Assembly (NCBI GenBank): GCA_026985435.1
Contig: JALSQL010000012.1
Location: forward strand, 1 to 60,592
Source: Acidilobaceae archaeon
GTDB lineage: Archaea > Thermoproteota > Thermoprotei_A > Sulfolobales > Acidilobaceae
DNA length: 60,592 bases
Direction of reading: 5' to 3'
The notes below the pieces were generated by a model. It was not told the DNA's origin. It did no database searches and saw only the letters and a list, made by a program, of their open reading frames with translations. A program made the translations under genes and the position numbers. Position 1 is the first letter of the stretch. The number at the start of each line of letters is the position of its first letter. Shown piece after piece: positions 18,524 to 27,521 of this stretch.

Positions 18524-18600
18524 GGGGCTGTGATGTGTGTGGTGGACTCAGAGTGGCCGCCGCTGAGCGGCTAATGACGACTAGGAGCCCGCTGAGCCCC
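18524..18600 (+). ncRNA. Candidate C/D-box methylation guide sRNA
   Basis: Terminal stem GGGGC/GCCCC; box C-like GTGATGT 18530-36; 12-nt guide; D'-like CAGA 18549-52; hairpin; C' ATGACGA 18574-80; 11-nt guide; box D CTGA 18592-95; fills the gap between two convergent genes. Confidence 0.65.
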
Positions 18601-19308
18601 CTAGCCCTTCAGCTTCTCGACGAAGCCCCTATCGACTATCCTAACCTGGTATGACACCCTGCCCTCCCTGAGGAGCCCCGATAGCTCCTCCAGGGCCCTG
18701 GAGCCCCGGAGCTTGCCCCCGCCGGTCTCGGCCACTATGCCCTCGACCCTGCCCTCGCAGGCTAGCATCTCGAACCTCGCGCCCGAGCTGTGGGTGGCCT
18801 CGACGTGGGCGCACTTGCCGCTGCCAGCCTGCTCCGAGGCGATCTTGGCTATCGCCTCAACGCTAGTCGGGGCGCTCGCCTCGCCCCCTCTCCCGGGGGT
18901 GCTTGCCAGCAGTAGGTCAACCCTGAAGAGGGGGTCCTCCATCCTGGCGCTCACCTCCTCCAGCCTGTCACCCGTGGCCCTCGCCTCCACCCGCTGGGGG
19001 CCCCCGGCCTGCCCTGCCGCCTGGCCCCCAGCTGGGGTGCTGGCTGCCCGCGGCGCCGCTGGCGGGGCCTGCTCCCTGGGCGCCTCTAGGACCACCTCTA
19101 TGCCGACGGCCGTCCTGAGCGACCTGGCCACCCTGTACCCCCTGAGGGCGGCCCACACCTGGAGGTCCGTGGCCTCCCCCTCGCCGGAGAGTATCACCTT
19201 GGCCGAGCCCTTCTCGCGGAGGGCCCGCTCTATCCTGGCGTAGGGGAGTATCCACCTCCTCCTCGTAGCGTCTATCGTCTCGGGGGACGACACCGCCGCC
19301 CACCCCAC
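18601..19308 (-). CDS. Hypothetical two-domain protein: degenerate TusA/SirA-like N-domain, linker, unknown C-domain
   Basis: 'IDATRRRWILP...ERAL...VIL...ATDLQVWAALRGYRV' follows the TusA pattern without the Cys; P/A-rich linker. Confidence 0.55.
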   Translation of the reverse strand: MGWAAVSSPETIDATRRRWILPYARIERALREKGSAKVILSGEGEATDLQVWAALRGYRVARSLRTAVGIEVVLEAPREQAPPAAPRAASTPAGGQAAGQAGGPQRVEARATGDRLEEVSARMEDPLFRVDLLLASTPGRGGEASAPTSVEAIAKIASEQAGSGKCAHVEATHSSGARFEMLACEGRVEGIVAETGGGKLRGSRALEELSGLLREGRVSYQVRIVDRGFVEKLKG

Positions 19309-19405
19309 GGCTGGCCCACAGTGGCGGGGCGGGCCGCCGCGTTTTTAGCCTGGAGGGCCGCCGCGTGCGAGTGCATTAAAGGAACGGCGGCCGCTCTGCC
19401 TTCGG

Positions 19406-21304
19406 GTGGCGCGCGTGCCCCTGCTGGGAGGCTATCATAGACGCCTCCTCCGGGTGAACCTCTCCACGGGCAAGTGGCGCGTGGAGGAGATAGACGAGGG
19501 CGACCTGGAACTCTTCGTGGGCGGCAAGTCTCTGGCGTACCTCCTGGCCTACAGGGAGATACCCCCGGGGACAGACCCCCTGAGCCCCTCCAACAGGCTC
19601 TACTTCGCCACCGGCCCGTTCAGCGCCCTCGTCCCCGGGGCTAGCAAGGTGACGGTCATGGCTAAGAGCCCCCTCACCCGGCTGCTGCACGACAGCCATG
19701 CCGGAGACTTCTTCGGGCCCTTCCTCAGGAGGGCTGGCTACGACGTGCTCGTCGTCGAGGGCGCCTCGAGGGACCCGGTGTACCTCCACGTGAGTAGTAG
19801 GGGTGTCGAGGTGCTGGACGCCAGCGGCCTGTGGGGCCTAACCACCAGGGAGACCACCCTGGAGCTGCGGAGGAGGCACGGCGGCCGGGTGAGCGTGGCC
19901 GCGGTGGGCCCCGCTGGCGAGAGGCTGGTCAGGTTCGCCACGATAGTCTTCGACGAGGAGAGGGCGGCTGGCAGGGGGGGCCTCGGCGCCGTGATGGGCT
20001 CCAAGAGGCTCAAGGCTATAGTGGTCGAGGGCGACGGCGAGCCCCCCAGGCCCGCGGAGCCCGAGGCGCTCAGGGCTGAGGGTGAGAAGTGGTACAACTA
20101 CTTCGCCACGAGCCCCCGCTTCGCCGACATGAGGATCTATGGCACGACGAACGCCCTCATATACAGCGCCGCCGTCGGCATGAGCCCCGCCTACAACTTC
20201 GAGACCCCGAGCATCCCCGAGGACCTGGCGGCTAAGCTGTCGGGCGACGCAATCAAGGAGCTCGAGGTGGAGCCGCCCTGGTTCATACACGGAGGCAGCT
20301 GCCCCGTCAGGTGCGCCAGGTACGTGGAGGCGGTCTACAAGGGCGTGAGGTTCCGGGTTAAGCCGGAGTACGAGAACCTGGCCATGCTAGGCGCCGCCAC
20401 GGGCGTCTTCGACAGGGAGGCAGTCCTGTACTTCAACAGGCTAGCCGACGACCTAGGCCTCGACACGATAAGCGCCGGGGCCACCATCGCCTGGCTGCTA
20501 GAGCTGGCCGAGAGGGGCCTGATAGGGGAGGACGAGGTCGGCTTCCCGGTTAAGGGCTTCGGGGACGCGGAGGCGGTGGAGAGGCTCCTAAGGCTGATAG
20601 CGGAGAGGCGCGGCATAGGCGCCGTGCTCGCGGAGGGCGTGAAGAGGGCCTCGGAGATCCTCGGGCGCGGCGGCGAGCTGGCCGTGCACGTGAAGGGCCT
20701 CGAGGCCCCGGCCTGGGACCCCCGGGGGAGGAGGGGGCTGGCCGTCAGCTACGCCACCGCCGACGTCGGCGCGAGCCACCTCCGGGGGTGGCCGAGGACC
20801 AGCGAGCCCCCGAGCGCGGGGCCCGCCAAGGACGTCGTCGCGAGCATGGCGAGGAGCAGGGATGACGACGCCCTGAGGGACAGCCTCAGCCTCTGCAGGT
20901 TCGTCTCATACCCGAGCAGCGAGCTACCCAAGCTCTACAGGCTGGTCACCGGCGCCGAGAGGAGCCTTGACGAGCTCTACCAGGCCCCCCAGAGGGCGGA
21001 GGCGCTGGCTAGGATACACGCGGCCCTCGACTGGCTGCTCCCCCCCGTGCACGATGATGTGCCGCCCAAGTGGATGAAGGGGCAGCCGACGGGCCCCCTG
21101 AAGGGCGTGGCCGCCTTCCTGGGCGAGGACGACAAGAGGGAGGCTATCCGCGAGTACTACAGGCTCCGCGGCTGGCACGAGACGCTGGGCGTGCCCCTAC
21201 CCGAGACCCTGGAGAGGCTCGGCATAGCCTGGGCAGCGGGCGACGCTGAGAGGGCGCTGAGGGTGGTCGAGGAGAGGGCTAGGGCTGCAGGCCTGCTGGG
21301 GTGA
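19406..21304 (+). CDS. Tungsten-containing aldehyde:ferredoxin oxidoreductase family protein (WOR4-like)
   Basis: 'KSPLT', 'AGRGGLGAVMGSKRLKAI', 'PEYEN', 'DDLGLDTIS', 'EYYRLRGW...GVP..ETLERLG'. Confidence 0.93.
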   Translation: MARVPLLGGYHRRLLRVNLSTGKWRVEEIDEGDLELFVGGKSLAYLLAYREIPPGTDPLSPSNRLYFATGPFSALVPGASKVTVMAKSPLTRLLHDSHAGDFFGPFLRRAGYDVLVVEGASRDPVYLHVSSRGVEVLDASGLWGLTTRETTLELRRRHGGRVSVAAVGPAGERLVRFATIVFDEERAAGRGGLGAVMGSKRLKAIVVEGDGEPPRPAEPEALRAEGEKWYNYFATSPRFADMRIYGTTNALIYSAAVGMSPAYNFETPSIPEDLAAKLSGDAIKELEVEPPWFIHGGSCPVRCARYVEAVYKGVRFRVKPEYENLAMLGAATGVFDREAVLYFNRLADDLGLDTISAGATIAWLLELAERGLIGEDEVGFPVKGFGDAEAVERLLRLIAERRGIGAVLAEGVKRASEILGRGGELAVHVKGLEAPAWDPRGRRGLAVSYATADVGASHLRGWPRTSEPPSAGPAKDVVASMARSRDDDALRDSLSLCRFVSYPSSELPKLYRLVTGAERSLDELYQAPQRAEALARIHAALDWLLPPVHDDVPPKWMKGQPTGPLKGVAAFLGEDDKREAIREYYRLRGWHETLGVPLPETLERLGIAWAAGDAERALRVVEERARAAGLLG

Positions 21305-22035
21305 GCGTTATCCTATTCGAGACACACTCCCACACCACGGCGAGCGACGGGTACCTCACCCCCCTCGAGCTGGTCCGCCTAGCCCGCAGGAGGGGCTGCG
21401 GCGCCGTCGCAGTGACGGACCACGACACGATAGAGGGTGGGATAAGCGCCTACAAGGCCTCGACCCGCCTCTCCCTGGGCGTCATAGTGGTCCCCGGGGT
21501 CGAGGTGCGGACGAGCTGGGGCGACGTGCTGGCACTCTGCACCCAGCCCCCCGGCAGGGAGCCCCCCTCCGGCGCCCACCCGGAGGTCCTGCGCGAGTGG
21601 GCCGACGCCGAGGCCTGCATACTCGTGCCCGCTCACCCCTACGTGACCTGGCGCCACGGCATGGGCGGCCGCAGGCTCAGGCTTGGGGGCGAGACGGGCC
21701 TGTGGGACGCCGTGGAGGCCTGGAACCTCCGGGGGCCCCCGCCCCTCAACCTGCCAGCGATCCTAGCCGCGGAGCAGCTGGGCCTGCCCCCCACCAGCGG
21801 GAGCGACGCCCACGTCCCCAGGGAGCTCTGCGGCGCCGCGATGGAGGCGCCGGATGAGGGTAGCGCTGAGGCTCTCGTGGAGAGCCTGAGGAGGGGCCGG
21901 GCCCGCCCCCGCGCCGGGCTCCCGGGCCCCCTGGCTCTGGCCGAGGCCGCCGCGTGGGCCGTCATGAGGAGGCTGGGGGTGGAGAGGCCGCCTGGGATTA
22001 TAGGGCCAGCGCTTCGTAGACGCGGCACGCCCTGA
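21301..22035 (+). CDS. PHP-domain phosphoesterase
   Basis: 'HSHTTASDG', 'AVTDHD', 'PGVEV', 'AHP', 'GSDAH'. Confidence 0.9.
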   Translation: MSVILFETHSHTTASDGYLTPLELVRLARRRGCGAVAVTDHDTIEGGISAYKASTRLSLGVIVVPGVEVRTSWGDVLALCTQPPGREPPSGAHPEVLREWADAEACILVPAHPYVTWRHGMGGRRLRLGGETGLWDAVEAWNLRGPPPLNLPAILAAEQLGLPPTSGSDAHVPRELCGAAMEAPDEGSAEALVESLRRGRARPRAGLPGPLALAEAAAWAVMRRLGVERPPGIIGPALRRRGTP

Positions 22036-22861
22036 GCCTCGACTCCCGGAGGGCGGCGTTGTGCCTCTCAACCTCGCCCCTCGAGACGCCGTAGAGCCCC
22101 TCCAGCACGTCCGCCTCGGTCGGGTGCACTATACCAGCGACGACTATGCTCGAGGGCGCCCGGGAGCCGCCCCCCGACGCTATCCCCCCCAGGGTGCCCC
22201 AGTAGGCCCGGGCCTCGGGGGTTCCAGCCCTCTCCACGACCGCCGCGAGCAGCCCGGGCAGCACGCCCTCCTCGACGCCCATATCCCTGGCCAGCTCCCC
22301 CTCAAGCTCGACCAGAGTGCCAGCCCCGGCAGCCGGGGGGAGCTGGCTCCCGTCCTCCGAGACGTCCAGCAGCGCTAGCGTGTGGAGGCCCACGCACAGG
22401 TTCCCGTATATCTGGGATACCACGCTGACAGCCCTAACCCCCCTCCAGGGCCCGGGTATTGTCACCGTCCTCCCGAACCTGTAGTACTGGAGCCCACTCA
22501 GCACCTTCGCGGATACCGCCCCCGAGACCCCCGGGGCGACCCGCCACTCGACACCCCTCCCCGCGGCTTCGACCAGGAGCGAGACGTGGGTCGTCGCTAT
22601 CAGGGGGTCCCCGGGCACCAGCACGACCACCGTGCCCCTCCTAGCCTCCTCGACCACCTCCCGGGCCCTCGCCTCGAGCGCCTCCCTCGACGCGGGGGCC
22701 ACCCTCTCCCCCGCAACCCTCCTCGCCCACGCCAGGAGCCAGTCGGCGCCGGGCATCGTGTACGTGTCAACGTAGACCCGGTCGGCCGACGCCACCAGGC
22801 CCGCCACCTCGCTCGTGACGCTCCCCGGGTAGACGCCCGCCCCCGCTAGTATGAGCGGCAT
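21998..22861 (-). CDS. dph5: Diphthine synthase
   Basis: 'VYVDTYT', 'GDPLIATTH', 'GLQYYRFGRTVT', 'GLHTLALLD'. Confidence 0.92.
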   Translation of the reverse strand: MPLILAGAGVYPGSVTSEVAGLVASADRVYVDTYTMPGADWLLAWARRVAGERVAPASREALEARAREVVEEARRGTVVVLVPGDPLIATTHVSLLVEAAGRGVEWRVAPGVSGAVSAKVLSGLQYYRFGRTVTIPGPWRGVRAVSVVSQIYGNLCVGLHTLALLDVSEDGSQLPPAAGAGTLVELEGELARDMGVEEGVLPGLLAAVVERAGTPEARAYWGTLGGIASGGGSRAPSSIVVAGIVHPTEADVLEGLYGVSRGEVERHNAALRESRLRACRVYEALAL

Positions 22862-22947
22862 TCCCGGAGCACCCTTCCGCCTGCTGGGGCCTGCGGGGGC
22901 CGGGTTCCACTCACGATTATATCCTATGGCGCCACCCCCGGCTGCCG

Positions 22948-23874
22948 GTGTCGCGGGTGCCGCTGCCGGTATACGTGGCAGACGCTGACGTCTACGTTGT
23001 CGACGTGTGGTCCGCCCTCATGCCGGGCATGATAGCCTCGTACGTCCTACCCCTCCCCGGCGGTGGGGCCGCAGTAGTCGACCCGGGGCCCGCCTCGTCG
23101 GCGGACTTCCTCGCCGGGAGCCTGGAGCAGCTGGGCCTCCGCCTCGAGGCCGTGATCGTGACGCACGTCCACCTAGACCACGCGGGGGCCGCCGGCCACC
23201 TGGCCGAGGAGAACCCGGGGGTCAAGGTGTACGTCCACCCCCGGGGGGCGCCCCACCTGGCCGACCCCACCAGGCTCTGGGAGTCATCGAGGCAGGTCCT
23301 AGGCGACATGGCCGACGTCTACGGGAAGCCGAAGCCGGTGCCCCGCGAGTCCCTCGTGGAGACAAGTGATGGCGGGGAGATACCCCTCCCCGGGGGGCGT
23401 AGGCTGGTGGTGCTCCACACGCCGGGCCACGCCAGCCACCACCAGAGCATATACGACCCCCAGAGGGGCGTCCTCTTCACCGGCGACTCGGCCGGGGTCA
23501 TACTAGAGACCGCCGCTGGCACAGCCAGGGCGCCGACGACGCCGCCCCGCCTCAAGCCCAAGCTCTACCTGGAGAGCCTGGAGCGTATGAGGCGCCTCGA
23601 GCCGGGGATGGTCGCCCCCACTCACTTCGGCGTCTGGCCCGAGGGGGCCAGGGAGCTCGAGGTTCAGGTTGAGGTGTTCCGGAGGTGGATGGACGCGCTG
23701 GCCGAGATACACGCCCGCGGCGTGAGGGACCCCGTGCAGGCCTCCAGGCTGCTCGCCGCCAGGGATGGGGAGGCGTCGAAGCTCTACAAGGCCGGCGGCT
23801 ACATTAGGGCGTTCTTCCTCTACGAGACCGTGTGGGGCATGCTCGACGCTATAGAGAGGGGTGAGTGGCCCTGA
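22948..23874 (+). CDS. MBL-fold metallo-hydrolase
   Basis: 'THVHLDHAG', 'TPGHASHH', 'FTGD', 'THFG'. Confidence 0.92.
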   Translation: MSRVPLPVYVADADVYVVDVWSALMPGMIASYVLPLPGGGAAVVDPGPASSADFLAGSLEQLGLRLEAVIVTHVHLDHAGAAGHLAEENPGVKVYVHPRGAPHLADPTRLWESSRQVLGDMADVYGKPKPVPRESLVETSDGGEIPLPGGRRLVVLHTPGHASHHQSIYDPQRGVLFTGDSAGVILETAAGTARAPTTPPRLKPKLYLESLERMRRLEPGMVAPTHFGVWPEGARELEVQVEVFRRWMDALAEIHARGVRDPVQASRLLAARDGEASKLYKAGGYIRAFFLYETVWGMLDAIERGEWP

Positions 23875-24683
23875 GGGAAGCCGTCATAGGCCTGATCCAG
23901 CTCGAGGCCAGCCCCTCCAAGAGCGTCTCCCTGGAGAGGCTCCGCGGGCTGGCCGGGAGGGTGAGGGAGGCAACCATAATAGCGATGCCGGAGTACGCCA
24001 TGCTAGACCCCACCGACACGCCCCTCGAGAGGCTGCGCTCCGAGGCCGAGAGCGTCGAGGAGCCCGGGCCCTGGCTGAGGGAGGCTGAGAGGCTTGCCAG
24101 CGAGCACTCGGCCTGCGTCGTGGCCACCTTCTTCGAGCCGGCCCCCGATGGTAGGGTGTACAACTCCGCAGCGGTGATCAGGCCGAGCGGGGGCGTGGCC
24201 GGGGTCTACCGTAAGACCCACCTCTTCGACGCCTACGGCTATAGGGAGAGCGCCAAGATAGCCCCCGGGGAGAGCGTGTTCGAGCCCGTGGACGCCTGCG
24301 GCGTCCGCCTGGGCCTTGCTATATGCTTCGAGATCAGGGTGCCCGAGCTGGCCAGGGCGCAGGCGCTCGCCGGCGCGGAGCTCATAGTATACCCGGCCGC
24401 CTGGTACTCGGGGCCGCTCAAGGAGGAGACGCTCCACACCCTAGCCAGGGCCAGGGCCCACGAGAACACGGTGTACGTCGCCGTCGCGGCCCTCGCGGGG
24501 CCCAGGTTCACCGGGCGCTCCACGCTCGTAGACCCGCTGGGTGTCCAGGTGGCGGAGGCGGGCCCCTGGCCCGGCTACGTCGAGGCCCCCCTCGAGCCCT
24601 GGAGGCTGGAGAGGGCTAGGAGCGTCCTCCCCATACTCCAGCTCCTGAGGCTCGACCTGCCAGGCCTGGGGGTTCGTAGGTAG
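23865..24683 (+). CDS. Carbon-nitrogen hydrolase (Nit family)
   Basis: E-K-C triad: 'MPEY', 'YRKTHLFDA', 'ICFEIR'. Confidence 0.92.
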   Translation: MALREAVIGLIQLEASPSKSVSLERLRGLAGRVREATIIAMPEYAMLDPTDTPLERLRSEAESVEEPGPWLREAERLASEHSACVVATFFEPAPDGRVYNSAAVIRPSGGVAGVYRKTHLFDAYGYRESAKIAPGESVFEPVDACGVRLGLAICFEIRVPELARAQALAGAELIVYPAAWYSGPLKEETLHTLARARAHENTVYVAVAALAGPRFTGRSTLVDPLGVQVAEAGPWPGYVEAPLEPWRLERARSVLPILQLLRLDLPGLGVRR

Positions 24684-24727
24684 CGTTTTTGAGGTCCCCC
24701 AGCGGCGCTGGGCTGGGTGTACGGCGC

Positions 24728-27481
24728 TTGGCCCAGGCGGACAGCAGGGAGTACGCCCTCGAGTTCTTCCGCGAGGAGGGCTTCGAGCGGAGGAGGTGCA
24801 GGGTCGGCGGCGAGTACTTCTGGACCCTCAACCCGGACTTCGACACCTGCCAGGACGCGCCCTGCGTGGAGTACTGGTTCGACCGCATACGCTCCCGGGG
24901 CCCCATGAGCGTGGGCGACGCTAGGAGGGCGTTCATAGGCTTCTTCCAGAGGCACGGCCACGAGCCCGTGGAGCCCAGGCCCGTCGTGGCGAGGTGGAGG
25001 GAGGACCTGTACCTCACGATAGCGAGTATAGTGGTGTTCCAGCCCCACGTGACCAGCGGCCTGGTGCCCCCGCCCGCGAACCCGCTGGTCATAAGCCAGC
25101 CCAGCGTCAGGCTCGAGGATATAGACAACGTCGGCCTCACCATAGGGAGGCACCTGACGTCCTTCGAGATGGCCGCCCACCACGCCTTCAACTACCCAGA
25201 CAAGAGGGTCTACTGGAAGGAGGAGACGGCCCGCTACGCCTTCGAGTTCTTCACCCGGGAGGTCGGCATCCCGCCCGAGATGATAGTATTCAAGGAGAGC
25301 TGGTGGGAGGGCGGCGGAAACGCGGGGCCCAGCTTCGAGGTCGCCGTGGGGGGCCTGGAGCTCGCCACCCTAGTCTTCATGCAGTACAAGGTGGCCGACG
25401 GCAGGTACGAGCCCATACCGCTCCGCATCGTGGACACCGGCTACGGGGTTGAGAGGATAGCGTGGTTCACACAGAAGACCCCCACGGCCTTCCATGCCAT
25501 ATACGGCGACCTCCTCGGCAGGTTCCGCAGCCTACTCGGCGTGGAGGAGCCCCCCGAGGATCTTATGTGGGCGGCCTTCAGGGCCGCCGGGCGCCTGGAC
25601 CCCGAGGACCCCGAGAGCCTCCAGGCCTACTATACCAGGGTGGCCAGGGCCTCCGGCATGGACGTCGAGGAGGCCCGGGCGGTGCTGGAGAGGGAGGCCA
25701 GGCTCTACAGCGTGCTAGACCACACCAAGACCATAGCCCTGATGCTGGCCGACGGCGTGGTGCCCAGCAATACTGGCGAGGGCTACCTGGCCAGGCTGGT
25801 CATAAGGAGGGCTCTCAGGCAGATGAGGCTCCTGGGAGCCGACGTCGACCTGGCCAGCCTCGTCGACCTCCAGATAGGGTTCTGGGCGGGCGACTTCCCC
25901 CGGATGCGGGAGGAGAGGAGCTACATACTCGACGCCGTCTCCCTGGAGGAGAGGAGGTTCCGTGAGACTCTCGAGAAGGGCGCCCGGCTCCTCGCCCAGC
26001 TACTGAAGCGCAAGAGGACCCTAACGCTCGACGACCTGATAACACTCTACGACAGCCACGGCGTCCCGCCCGAGGTCGTGGCAGAGGAGGCGGCCAGGCG
26101 GGGGGTCAAGGTTGAGGTCCCCCACAACTTCTACAGCATAGTCGCAGCCAGGCATAAGGCGCCGGAGCGCGTGAGAGCCATCGGCGAGAGGCCCGAGCTG
26201 CCAGACCACGTGGCCAGGGCCGTGGCCGGCCTGCCCGAGACGAGGAGGCTCTTCCACGAGGACCCCTACATGCGCCGGTTCAGGGCGCGCGTGGTGGCGG
26301 TGGTCGACGGCAGGTACCTGGTCCTCGACGCCACCGCATTCTACCCGAAGGGCGGAGGCCAGGACTACGACATTGGCGTCGTCAGGGGGCCCTGGGGCGA
26401 GGCCCGCGTCGTCGAGACGCACAAGGTCGGCGGTGTCATAGTGCACGTCCTCGACAGGCCCGTCGAGGCCTCCAGGGGCGACCAGGTCGAGGGCGAGATA
26501 GACTGGGTGAGGCGGTACAGGCTCATGAGGCACCACACGGCCACCCACATAGTGCTGGGGGCGGCCAGGAGGGTGCTCGGGAACCACGTCTGGCAGGCTG
26601 GCGCCGAGAAGACCGTGGAGAAGGCCAGGCTCGACATAACCCACCACAGGCCCCTCACCAGGGAGGAGATCCGGAGGATAGAGGAGCTGGCCAACAGGGT
26701 GGTCGACGAGAGGAGGCGCGTCCGGGCGGTGGTCATGGACAGGAACGAGGCCGAGAGGAGGTACGGGTTCCGGATCTACCAGGGCGGGGTCCCCATGGAG
26801 CCCAAGATAAGGATCCTCGAGGTCGAGGACTGGGACGTCGAGGCTTGCTTCGGCACCCACCTGGCTAACACCGGCGAGGCCGGGGCCATCAAGATAGTGA
26901 GGGCCGAGAGGATCCAGGACGGGGTCGTGAGGCTAGAGTACGTGGCGGCGACGAGGGTGGCGGAGGAGGCTGCCAGGCTCGAGGGCATACTCTCCGAGGC
27001 CGCCAGGCTGGCTGGGGGCGACCCGGAGTCGCTGCCCAGGCGCCTCTCGGGGCTCCTGGAGGAGGAGAGGAGGCTGAGGGAGAGCCTCCGCAGGTACCGC
27101 AGCCTGCTCCTCGACGCCCTCGATGCTAGGGCTGCCACGGCCAGGGAGGTGGACGGCCTGAAGACGCTAGCCTTCGAAATGCCGGAGCCCGACAGGAAGG
27201 CTGCCCAGGAGGTGCTCAGGAGGCTCACCAGCAGGCACCCAGAGCTGGTGGCAGCCGCCCTCATAGACTCTGGGGACGGCCTGCAGGTTGAGATCGCAGC
27301 CGGCAGCACGGCCGCCGGGAGGGTCGACCTGGGAGCCGTCGCCAGGGAGCTGGCGGCGCGCCTAGGCGGCAGGGGGGGCGGCCGCGGGCCGAGGGCCAGC
27401 CTCAGGCTCCCACGGGAGGCCCGCTCCAGGCTTGAGGAGGAGCTCGCCGCCGTGCTGGGCGAGGCCCTGAAGGGGAGCTAG
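24728..27481 (+). CDS. alaS: Alanine--tRNA ligase (archaeal type)
   Basis: 'LTIASIVVFQP', 'GGGNAGP', 'VDTGYGVER', editing 'HHTATH' and 'ACFGTH'; start at TTG 24728. Confidence 0.97.
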   Translation: MAQADSREYALEFFREEGFERRRCRVGGEYFWTLNPDFDTCQDAPCVEYWFDRIRSRGPMSVGDARRAFIGFFQRHGHEPVEPRPVVARWREDLYLTIASIVVFQPHVTSGLVPPPANPLVISQPSVRLEDIDNVGLTIGRHLTSFEMAAHHAFNYPDKRVYWKEETARYAFEFFTREVGIPPEMIVFKESWWEGGGNAGPSFEVAVGGLELATLVFMQYKVADGRYEPIPLRIVDTGYGVERIAWFTQKTPTAFHAIYGDLLGRFRSLLGVEEPPEDLMWAAFRAAGRLDPEDPESLQAYYTRVARASGMDVEEARAVLEREARLYSVLDHTKTIALMLADGVVPSNTGEGYLARLVIRRALRQMRLLGADVDLASLVDLQIGFWAGDFPRMREERSYILDAVSLEERRFRETLEKGARLLAQLLKRKRTLTLDDLITLYDSHGVPPEVVAEEAARRGVKVEVPHNFYSIVAARHKAPERVRAIGERPELPDHVARAVAGLPETRRLFHEDPYMRRFRARVVAVVDGRYLVLDATAFYPKGGGQDYDIGVVRGPWGEARVVETHKVGGVIVHVLDRPVEASRGDQVEGEIDWVRRYRLMRHHTATHIVLGAARRVLGNHVWQAGAEKTVEKARLDITHHRPLTREEIRRIEELANRVVDERRRVRAVVMDRNEAERRYGFRIYQGGVPMEPKIRILEVEDWDVEACFGTHLANTGEAGAIKIVRAERIQDGVVRLEYVAATRVAEEAARLEGILSEAARLAGGDPESLPRRLSGLLEEERRLRESLRRYRSLLLDALDARAATAREVDGLKTLAFEMPEPDRKAAQEVLRRLTSRHPELVAAALIDSGDGLQVEIAAGSTAAGRVDLGAVARELAARLGGRGGGRGPRASLRLPREARSRLEEELAAVLGEALKGS

Positions 27482-27521
27482 GGTAGAACATATTCACCTC
27501 GGAGCACCCGGGAATAGTGGG

